This document shows positions 54,901 to 64,000 of a DNA stretch of 64,000 bases, piece after piece. Numbering within the stretch: position 1 is the stretch's first letter; each line of letters starts with the position of its first letter. The position numbers and the translations under genes were made by a program. Origin of the DNA: Bugula neritina (Eukaryota; Animalia; Bryozoa); contig OZ037768.1 in assembly GCA_964035545.1 (NCBI GenBank), positions 17,405,875 to 17,469,874 on the forward strand, read 5' to 3'. A model generated the notes under the pieces. The model was not told the DNA's origin, ran no database searches, and saw nothing but the letters and a program-made list of their open reading frames with translations.

Positions 54901-56846
54901 AGATTCACCAGTAGCCCTAGTGGTGTAGTGATCAGCGAAAGCCAAGAGGTCTTTGGTTCGAATCCCAGTTGGGGTAAAAGTTTTACAGTATGTGGCGTGT
55001 TTGTAATGTAAATGAAACTATTAATAGCACTGTCTGCTTTAATTCAGCCACTTGGTAATTCCCACTAATACAATAGTGCAATATGTAAGGCATTATAATA
55101 TATCACAAGTACGTTACAATTCAAATTTGATTGACTATTTATTGTGAAGTTATAGTTTACCATCTACCAGAACATCTGGTCACTCTCAGCTCTGATATTG
55201 AATTGTTTTTGAAGAATGGAGAATCTGACTCTTCTAGACAGCTACCAGTTTGATGATGTAAACAATACCTTCGAGTGGGAACCTTTTGGAGCTTTGTTCA
55301 GCTCTTCTGAGACTGGAGGTAAGATAATAATTGTACATTATTGGGATAAGGTAAAATGTATTTTATTTGTGCATTGTGAAAATTTTTAAAGAAAATTGCA
55401 AAGACCTAAACTTTTTTCTTTGCATGAACAGTGATAAATCATAGTTGTTGTAATTGGTACAAAATGTGAAACTAATAATTAGTATGCTGAGAACCAGGTA
55501 GTAACATTTTAGGGCCATTTCAATAGCTCTGCCATTATTATTATAGCTATAGCCAAGACTGAGTTCAATTATTTTATAGAAAATAAAGCTTTTTTGATAA
55601 TTCATTATAGGTTTATTTAAAAGATAACCTAACAACAAAATCTCACATTGAACATAATTTACGCTATTATAATCATCTCACTAAATATAATACATCTCTA
55701 ATTTTTAAAATAAAATTTTTTTTAGCATTTATAGTAATCTTTTTAGACCTACAACAAGTTGGACTTCTTGGTGTTAAACTCTATAGACCAAATATCACCA
55801 GTGAAATAGAGGCTCTTGCTGGTGTAGTTGAAGATGCTAAAAAGACGTGGAATATTCAGGTCTGTAGCCTATGTATTTCATACTGCATTTTAAAATCTTA
55901 GTTGGTAAAAATTGATATTGTTAAAAATTGATATTGTTTCCAATTTTTCAATTCCTATAAACACTTGTAGAAAAAATTGTTATTTTTTAGACTTGAATTA
56001 GAGTATCTAGTTTGCTAAAACAGTAGTTCAGACCTAAAACAAAAATTAGCTTTAATACCAAATAGAGAAAAACAAAAAAGCGGAATTTATGTATTTGGTC
56101 TGGTAGTCAAAATGACAGGGTGAAAGCCTGTTTGCCACTACGCCTTATTTAGACTATAAGTTGCACAAGATATTGGTTATATTTTTTAGAATATTTTGCT
56201 CATGGGAGACTTTAAAGCTTGTGGCTATTTGACTAATGATATTTATTCAAACGTTACTCTGGTATCTGACAAATCATATAACTGGCTAATTAATGACAGC
56301 GTTGACACAACTAGTCCAAATACTGGTAGCTGCCCTGCCGACAGGTAAAGTTACTATTAGACAAAATTTTTACAATAAATCAATAATCTAGCAAAATACA
56401 TTGTCATTGAGATCCTTTTGTACAAAGGAATTTGAGTTATTGCAATATAAATATATTATTGACAATATAAATTTTACTGTTAAACAATTCGTTTGCGAGA
56501 TGTCCTTATAAAGTATAAATCAATAATCTAACAAAATGTATCGTCCTTAAAATCTTTGTTGTTATTATATAAGAGATTTTATAGTGCATCTAGTATGATG
56601 GCTACACTCCACTTTTCAAGAAGTTAATATATATATATAAGTGAAGTTTTACTGAATCTTAATTAAATTCAATTATTTTGTTGAATTTAACAGTTAAATG
56701 TTTTCACACATAACTTTCACAGAATGATAGCCAATGGAGATTTACTCAATCAGCTGATAAATGACTCATCAGTTCAAGCATTTAGATTTGATGTATACTA
56801 TCACCTTAACTCCACACAGGTAACGGTTAGAGATCGAGTTTATATA

Positions 56847-56928
<82 letters not shown>

Positions 56929-57321
56929 TGCAGCTATTAGCCCACGATACCCAGTAGAAGTAATCATCATGGAACCGCCTCAGCAAAACCCAAAAAGACT
57001 GAGTGGTGTTTCTGTATACAATGGAGAGACAACTACCAAAAGTGGAGGTACTAAAGTTTGGGATAATAAAAGTAAGTAATTTGTATTGAAACATTGACAC
57101 TGCATTCAAAAACAGAAACTAATATAAAGAAGAATGTCCATTTACAATCATAAATAGCTGTAGATTTTATTGTAAGGTCGTGTCCTACAATTATTGACTA
57201 ATCATGCAGTAATAGATTTTATAAGAAAGCCAAAAGCCGATATGTTTGAAATGTCATAGGTTTCTAATTTCTATTTGTAGTTTCCCTGCTTGCCATTGTG
57301 GTCTTTTTTAAGATGGTATAA
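51608..57321 (+). CDS. DNase I-like paralog C, 324 aa, catalytic residues substituted, GPI-anchor-like C-terminus
   Basis: 9 exons: 51608-51757, 53078-53169, 54808-54885, 55215-55318, 55747-55859, 56190-56344, 56723-56819, 56927-57071, 57281-57321 (975 nt, open). Motifs MQGIRD, RKPQY, FEWEP, GVKL, GDFKAC, CPADR, SPRYPVEV; ends TTKSGGTKVWDNKISLLAIVVFFKMV*. Confidence 0.88.
53848..54747 (+). mobile_element. Decayed mariner-like transposon in paralog C intron 2
   Basis: TA-flanked ends tacaagg..gtaaagat / atctttac..ccttgta; ~54459-54502 translates PDIPPCDYHFFGAL, matching the mariner SPDLAPSDYHLF motif. Confidence 0.7.
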
Positions 57322-58479
57322 TAGAAACATATATGGAGCACCACAGAAATTTCTCTTTACAACTCTATATATGTGTGTTTGTTATTTTAAGAAAATTTTA
57401 GTCTCTTACAATTGGATGCTTTAATTAATTTTTACAACTGCCTCATAATTATATGTCAATATATACAAAGTAGAACTCTTCTTATTGGAGTTGTGGGAAC
57501 TATGCATTATTGCAACGTTATAATATACTGTTGAATATTCATGTATGTTTATTATTGATGGAATAATTCATGAGTCTTTAAAAAGGGTTAGATAATAAAA
57601 TATGTTACATGCACAATCAGCATTTGATATTTATAGTTTTTCTCATTACATCAGCATAGTTTTGCCACTCACCAATGGTAGAATGTGGTGCATTCTATAG
57701 TTCATTTCATATTGTATGCTTGCTTCATTTACATAATAGTAACCTAATTACAAGAAGTGAATGAAGGAAAGTGATAGGTTATAGATTGAATAAATTGAAA
57801 TAGTTAGGTTTATTTGACAGTATAAGCAGTTTGTAAGTACTATAACAAAATGTAATATAATACTGATATATATAAGACAGCAATAGCATTATAGGAATTA
57901 CAAGACTATATAAACAATACCATTACATAAAACTATACGTTGAAATACAATAAACCTACAATATAATGAATTATAATGCTATATATAATAATACATTGTA
58001 TCGAATACTATAAAATATTTTATTCAACTTAAGCTATATTTTGTATTTCAGCTTTTTTTATAAAATATAACGGTTATTGTTACACAAGATTTCATAGAAA
58101 AAGCTATAAAAAGCTTTTAGTTATAGTTATAAATAGTTAATGCTTTTGTATAATTATATTGATTTCACTTTCTCCGTACTACTCAACTACCTAAGATGTC
58201 CTAGCTTTGCAAATGAATCCTACTTATAATCACAATATCCTGTAAATATGAATTTATTATTATAAAAGTAAGCTCTGTACATAAAAGAGTATATAAAACA
58301 TTCCTGAGCGCTTGTTTCTTGTTATTGTATTTATTTTCAATCGCCTGAATCATGTGCTCATGTAATTACTTACATTATTATTCAACTGTGAAAATTATTG
58401 CCTGCAGCATGTAAAAACTTATAGATTTTGAGTTCTACCATTATCTTAGAGTATATTGTAATATTAATTGCAACCCTGT

Positions 58480-61400
58480 TGTTTTATGTTGATTTGTGAT
58501 ATTATTTCAGCTATCGTGAAAAGACAGAACGTGCTCGAGTTAGTTGATAAACGTAAGAGGCCGAAGCCGTGATTTATTACCACAATATATATACACGAAA
58601 ATACCAAAACTATTACAATAAGTGATACAATTAATTATTAAGATTATGACAAAAAATAGTAAAATAATAAAATAACAAATTAGAAATAAATGTTTACATG
58701 AACACCGAACATCTCCCACAGAATAGAAAAAAGCTATTTAGATATGATTGTTTTAAGAGGGCACATAGTCTGCCATCCAACTAGGTGGCTTCCGTTCTCT
58801 GGTTGAACGTCTTAGATTGTCGCTATGATTGGCGCTCTCGGTGGTGTCAACCTGGGTACTACTAGCGTTTTGTTTAGGATCCTTTGGTGTCTCAGGACTC
58901 GCTGGCTCCGTGACGAGTGGTCTGATGTCTCGCCGGTTTCTCCGAAAGAGGTTGTTGTTAAGTTGTATGGCATAGGCTCTGCTACTCAATTGTTTGTTAA
59001 TTTGCGCCTCCTGCCATTTTCTCCGGTGCTGACTCCAGTCTCGAACCAAAACTGGTTGCCCTTCTTTCAGCACTGCCAAATCTCTTGCACCGTCATTGCA
59101 TCTCTGCTGCAGTTTTTCATTGCGGCCCTGCTTTTCCCACCAACCTTGGTTGTTCTCTGTTTCTGGCCGAACTTGTGGGAGTACTGACCTGGTGGGTCTT
59201 CCGATAAGTTGCTGAATTGGGCTGGCCGTCAGGCCTTCTTTGGTGGTGTTGAGATGTTCCAGTAACGCAAGTTCGGGCTCTTCACATCTGCGGAGTATAC
59301 GTTTGGCTATCTTCACAGCAGACTCTGCCTTCCCATTGGACTGAGGATGATATGGAGAGCTGGTGGTGTGTGTGAAATTCCATGATTGGCTGAAAGTGGA
59401 AAACTGGTGCGAGGTAAACTGTGGTCCGTTGTCAGTGTGAACCTGTCTGGGTATTCCCAGGCGTCCAAAACAGCGCTTTATGGAGTTGATAACAGCCTCT
59501 GCTGTTTGGTTGTCCAGTCGGTCATATTCAAGGTAGTCAGTCGTATAGTCAACAATAGTAATGTAGTGAGTGTGATTGTATTCAAACAAGTCAATTCCTA
59601 CTTTGGTCCAGGGTTGTTGGGGAACTGTGTGGAGTAAAAGTGTTTCCTTCTGTTGCCGGGGAGCATCCAGTTGACATTGTCGACAGTTAGCAATATTGTT
59701 TTTGATGTCATTGGTGATGCCAAGCCAAAACACTGTGTGGCGGGCACGTCTTAGTGTGGAGTTAATCCCATTATGGCCGGTGTGAAGTAGTTGGAGAAAC
59801 TTTCTCTGGAGTGTCTTTGGAATAATGGCTCGTAGTCCTTTGTAAACAATGCCATTGTCAATAGATAGTTCGTCCTGAAAGTGTTTGTACTTGTCGTGAG
59901 TTGTGCAGTTGGCAATGTTCCAGTCATGTTTAATAAGGTTTGTCAGTGTCATAAGTTCATTGTCCTGTGCAGTAGCAGTCCTAATGTTGTCAATTAAGTC
60001 GTCACAAACAGGAGCATCATTATTTTGAGAGTCAATGTGAAAAATGTGTTCTGGTAGTTGTTGATAGTTGGGGGAGTCAAAGTATGAGTCTCTTGAGAGT
60101 AAGTCAGCCGTGATCTGTTCAGCACCCTTTTGCCAAGTTACCTTAATGTTGGGGTATCTTTGTAAGTGAAGAAGCATAGCCTGCAACCTCCGAGATGCCT
60201 TATGAATGGATTTCCTGAAAATAGATACAAGGGGTTTGTGGTCAGTTTGGATAGTGACAGCATGGTGACCAAAGATATACTGGTCAAAGCGTTCAGTGCC
60301 AAACACTATGGCAAGGCACTCAAGCTCTAGTGGCACATAGTTCTGTTCCGATTTTGTTAAACTGCGAGATGCATATGCTACAGGCTTGCCTCCTTGCATG
60401 AGTGTTGCACCCACACCAGCATTTGAAGCGTCAGTTTGTATAGTTACTGGCTTGTTGCAGTCAAAGTATTGTAGAGTTTCTGAGTCAGTTAGTAAGGTCT
60501 TCAGTCTATTAAAAGCGTTCATTTGGTCGTCAGTCCAGTGAAAGTCTTGAGCATTGTCTTGTGTCAGTAAACGTCGTAATGGTTCAGATTCCGATGCTAG
60601 GTTGCTAATAAATTTTGACATGTATGTGATGTGACCAAGGAATCGTTTTACTCCCTGTGGAGATGAGGGAGGTTTCATCTTAAGAATGGCTTTTACTTTG
60701 TTAGGATCTGGTTTAAGTCCATTAGTTGTCAGTATGTGTCCAATGTAAGGTAGTTCGTCCTGAAGGAAGCGGGATTTTTCCTTGTTCAGTCTCAGTCCTG
60801 TCTGTCGAGCACGTTTGAAGAGCGCTTCAAGGTTTCTATCATGCTCTTTCCTTGTGCTTCCAAAAATTAGGATGTCATCTGCAACTATGGTGATGCCATC
60901 AAGACCAGCAAGATTTTCCGTGAGCCTTCTCTGAAACTCCTCCGGCGCTGATGCAATTCCAAAGGGTAGCCTTAGGTACTTGTACTTTCCTATGGGAGTC
61001 CAGAAAGTTGTCAAGTCTGTAGATTCCTCAGCTAGGGGAATTTGATAGAAACCTTCTTTGGCGTCACACAAGGAGAAAAACTTGGCACCGTTGAGTTGTG
61101 GCAAAACATCTTCCAATGTTGGCATGACAGCGTGGTTTCGTTTAATTGCTTGATTGAGATTTTGCGGATCTATGCAGATGCGTATCTTTCCATTAGGCTT
61201 GCGCACTGGTTGTAGATGGCTTATCCAGTCTGTAGGTGCTTCTACCTTAGCGATAATTTGACGTTGTTCTAGTTCAAGAATAGTCTTGATGAGATCTGAT
61301 TTCATCGACAAGGGCACCTTCCGCGGTCGGACTTGCACTGGTACAGCTTCAGGTCTTAGCTCTATCCTATATTCCTGTTCAAACTTTCCAAGTCCGGTAA

Positions 61401-62979
61401 ATATGTCATCAAAGTTAGTCAGTAAAGTCTGAAGGTCTGGGTCAGTAGTGGCAAAGTTTACATTCTCGCTTTTGGTGCTGGGCATTTGTAATAAATCCAG
61501 GTGCAAACATGATTTCCATGACAGCAAGCTATGTTGGGTGGTTTCCACAACTAGGAATTTTAATGTAGTGTAACATCCTTGCTTGTTTAGTATCTGTATC
61601 CGTGTCCACCCTAGTGGTGCACACTTGCTCTGGTCATATAAAGTTAGTACAGTATCAGTCGGTGTAAGTTTCGGTCTACCTAGCTTGTCGTAGTCGATCG
61701 TATTCAAAGTATTGCATGATGCACCAGTGTCAAGTTGGAATTCAATGTCATAAATAGTATCTGCTTGCTTAGCAGTGAGCATCGCTAATAATTTACGATC
61801 TCGTACAGTAGTGGAGATAGTACTTACATGTTGAGAGTCACTGTCTGAAGAGTAATTCCAGGTGACTTGATTGGCTGTTTCGGTTGAGTCGCGATAATGA
61901 TGCATGCGTGACCTGCAGTATGCAGCAAAGTGGTTAAATTTCTTGCAATGATTGCACTGTTTCCCATATGCTGGGCATGCTCGAGGTGGGTGATTGCCTC
62001 CACAGTTTCCACACCTAGAAGCACCAACTGATTTTCTGACGTTGGGCTGAGAGTGAGTGTGTGAAAGTTGTCCTCTGTGTTTATCAGTGTTACGAGTGTC
62101 ATTAGAGTGATATTGATGAGTCGGAGGTCTATGTTTTACCAAGTTCACTTGTTCGAGTCCATATGTGTTATCCTTAGTCATAGTCTTGTAGTCAATAGCC
62201 GATGCTTCTTCTCGTCTGCAGAGTTCAATTGCTTTGTCAAAGTCAGTCAAGTCAAACAGTTTCTTTCTAATCTTGTCACTTTCAATTCCCAGTATCAGTG
62301 CCTGTAGTATCAGTCGGTTGTACATGTCTTTTAAGTCACATAGTCCTGCAATGGTATGTAGTTCAGTCAAAAATTCGTCAATAGTTCTATTTCCTTGCTT
62401 ACAAGTCAGTAGTGAGTGAGTCTTAGCCACTAAGTTTATTCTTGGTTTGCAGTAGTCATCAAACTGCGTCACAACTTTGTCATAGTCAGTTTTGTCATTG
62501 TTGTCAGTCCAGTTGAAAGAGTCGTATATTTGGTTGCCTCGGCGACCGATAGTTCTAAGTAGGTATGCAGTTTTCACTTTGCCTTCGGCTGTATCTTTCG
62601 ATGTGGCCGTTAAAAAAAGTTCGAAGTCACGTTTAAAAATCTTCCATTCCTCAGGTAAATTCGGTCCATCTGCTAATGGTTTTGGCGCTAGTAATTGCTC
62701 CATGTTATTTCAGTGTAATATTAATAATAATTAGACTCGGGGCACCATGTTTTATGTTGATTTGTGATATTATTTCAGCTATCGTGAAAAGACAGAACGT
62801 GCTCGAGTTAGTTGATAAACGTAAGAGGCCGAAGCCGTGATTTATTACCACAATATATATACACGAAAATACTAAAACTATTACAATAAGTGATACAATT
62901 AATTATTAAGATTATGACAAAAAATAGTAAAATAATAAAATAACAAATTAGAAATAAATGTTTACATGAACACCGAACA
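58480..62979 (-). mobile_element. Intact, recently inserted Ty3/Gypsy (Mag-clade-like) LTR retrotransposon
   Basis: 232-bp LTRs 58480-58711 and 62748-62979 with one mismatch by my comparison; perfect 5-bp TSD CCTGT (58475-58479 / 62980-62984); PBS TGGTGCCCCGAGT; short purine tract next to 58711. Confidence 0.97.
58753..62703 (-). CDS. Gag-Pol polyprotein, 1316 aa (single ORF)
   Basis: Two zinc knuckles (CGNCGGNHPPRAC, CNHCKKFNHFAAYC), protease FQLDTGA, RT LPFG..VADD, RNase H TDAS, integrase HHCC and DDE core, in Gypsy domain order. Confidence 0.97.
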   Translation of the reverse strand: MEQLLAPKPLADGPNLPEEWKIFKRDFELFLTATSKDTAEGKVKTAYLLRTIGRRGNQIYDSFNWTDNNDKTDYDKVVTQFDDYCKPRINLVAKTHSLLTCKQGNRTIDEFLTELHTIAGLCDLKDMYNRLILQALILGIESDKIRKKLFDLTDFDKAIELCRREEASAIDYKTMTKDNTYGLEQVNLVKHRPPTHQYHSNDTRNTDKHRGQLSHTHSQPNVRKSVGASRCGNCGGNHPPRACPAYGKQCNHCKKFNHFAAYCRSRMHHYRDSTETANQVTWNYSSDSDSQHVSTISTTVRDRKLLAMLTAKQADTIYDIEFQLDTGASCNTLNTIDYDKLGRPKLTPTDTVLTLYDQSKCAPLGWTRIQILNKQGCYTTLKFLVVETTQHSLLSWKSCLHLDLLQMPSTKSENVNFATTDPDLQTLLTNFDDIFTGLGKFEQEYRIELRPEAVPVQVRPRKVPLSMKSDLIKTILELEQRQIIAKVEAPTDWISHLQPVRKPNGKIRICIDPQNLNQAIKRNHAVMPTLEDVLPQLNGAKFFSLCDAKEGFYQIPLAEESTDLTTFWTPIGKYKYLRLPFGIASAPEEFQRRLTENLAGLDGITIVADDILIFGSTRKEHDRNLEALFKRARQTGLRLNKEKSRFLQDELPYIGHILTTNGLKPDPNKVKAILKMKPPSSPQGVKRFLGHITYMSKFISNLASESEPLRRLLTQDNAQDFHWTDDQMNAFNRLKTLLTDSETLQYFDCNKPVTIQTDASNAGVGATLMQGGKPVAYASRSLTKSEQNYVPLELECLAIVFGTERFDQYIFGHHAVTIQTDHKPLVSIFRKSIHKASRRLQAMLLHLQRYPNIKVTWQKGAEQITADLLSRDSYFDSPNYQQLPEHIFHIDSQNNDAPVCDDLIDNIRTATAQDNELMTLTNLIKHDWNIANCTTHDKYKHFQDELSIDNGIVYKGLRAIIPKTLQRKFLQLLHTGHNGINSTLRRARHTVFWLGITNDIKNNIANCRQCQLDAPRQQKETLLLHTVPQQPWTKVGIDLFEYNHTHYITIVDYTTDYLEYDRLDNQTAEAVINSIKRCFGRLGIPRQVHTDNGPQFTSHQFSTFSQSWNFTHTTSSPYHPQSNGKAESAVKIAKRILRRCEEPELALLEHLNTTKEGLTASPIQQLIGRPTRSVLPQVRPETENNQGWWEKQGRNEKLQQRCNDGARDLAVLKEGQPVLVRDWSQHRRKWQEAQINKQLSSRAYAIQLNNNLFRRNRRDIRPLVTEPASPETPKDPKQNASSTQVDTTESANHSDNLRRSTRERKPPSWMADYVPS

Positions 62980-63228
62980 CCTGTGAAATTTTTTAATTAT
63001 CTATATTTGATACCAATGTACGAGAGGGTTACCTCTGCCTTCCCTCCTTTAACAAATGTCTAGCTTTAAAAAATGCTATACATGCTACAGTAAATCAAGA
63101 TATAGGCATGAAATATTCAACAATTATTAAAGGGATAGGAGTTGGCTATGCCAAAATTTTCAGCTTTACGTACTGATGCTGGTATAGAATATTGCATTCA
63201 ACAGCATACGCCAGTTGATGTACTGAGC

Positions 63229-63378
63229 ATGAGCATGTCTCTTTTTACTCTTCTCAAACTCTGTGTTTTACTGAATCTGGTGTCTCAGAGTGACACACTG
63301 AGAGTTGGATCATGGAGTTTCAGCTCGTTTGGAAAAACCAAGTTGTCAAATGATGAAGCAATGACAACAATATTGCAG
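63229..63378 (+). CDS. DNase I-like paralog D, exon 1 only (gene runs off the window)
   Basis: MSMSLFTLLKLCVLLNLVSQSDTLRVGSWSFSSFGKTKLSNDEAMTTILQ|gtgagt; near-identical to exon 1 of A-C. Confidence 0.85.
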
Positions 63379-64000
63379 GTGAGTGAAATTGAAATAGTCA
63401 AAAAACAATTAACCACTCATTCCCTATACTACTTTTTTTATTTTGTAGGTCTATTAGATATATACACTCGGAACATTTTGGAATAGATGTTTTAAACTCA
63501 CACTCTAATTTTAAATTTCTCTCTCTAGTTACATAATATTTAGATGCTAGCATAGCTTTTAATACTTTTTTCCTTCCCCAGTAGGCTGCATGTGAACATA
63601 ATTTACCCATCAGTTTTCCTTTAGTATTGCTATGTTAGAGTGGTTATAGTCTCAAAGACCATGGTTTTTTAAATGCATAAAAATACCTTGGCCAAGTTTT
63701 GTTATAAATTAGCAGTCGTGTTACCATTATATAACAGTGTTTGCCAAAAAGTTGTGCACTGTGTAGGCATTCTTGACAAAATCTAAATCATTGTAAAAAG
63801 CAGATTTTTTTGAATTCGATAAATTGAATTTAAGCATGTTCTAAAAATTTTAAAATTTAATTTCTCTTTAAATTCTAAACTGTACTTGTAGAAATGCTAA
63901 TCTTAGTTCTTTCTTGACTAATGCAATTTTGCTGTTAAAGAGCAAATAGATTTAACTTACTGCTAGAGGCCACTTACCGGAATATCATGTTGTCTTTCAG

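Noticed and set aside
58825-62734. Plus-strand ORFs within the Gypsy elements (also 8602-11181 and 43370-47462)
   Set aside because: Antisense shadows of gag-pol or decayed element sequence with no recognisable motifs.
63142-63228. Upstream in-frame extension of paralog D, and the 24943 start for the DNase
   Set aside because: Would bury the signal peptide; the downstream ATG aligns across paralogs.

Overview
AT-rich, intron-containing animal (invertebrate) genomic DNA, dense in microsatellites and transposon relics. Hand-splicing gives three groups of host genes. (i) Two tandem-duplicated, very cationic CS-alpha/beta defensin-like genes on the minus strand (~3.4-4.6 kb and ~14.7-15.7 kb). 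(ii) One intact 8-exon DNase I-family gene on the minus strand (18696-24739) with all catalytic residues and a basic RRRR tail. (iii) Head-to-head with it, a plus-strand tandem array of at least four DNase I paralogs (three complete 9-exon genes, a fourth cut by the window end). The three complete paralogs keep open frames, signal peptides and the conserved disulfide. They have replaced the nuclease catalytic residues (H134->K, N170->K, H252->R, E39->G/Q, E78->T/P, R111->W; DNase I mature numbering by motif alignment), gained N-glycan sequons and carry an extra last exon encoding a GPI-anchor-like tail. This looks like a diversifying family of cell-surface pseudo-nucleases next to an active DNase and defensins, and is the best candidate for an undescribed system. 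Mobile DNA includes one young intact Mag-type Gypsy element, two decayed Gypsy elements, solo LTRs, Penelope-like fragments with three families of hammerhead ribozyme motifs, MITEs, a mariner relic and tRNA-derived SINEs. All gene models were read by eye with no database search, and the species is not identified.
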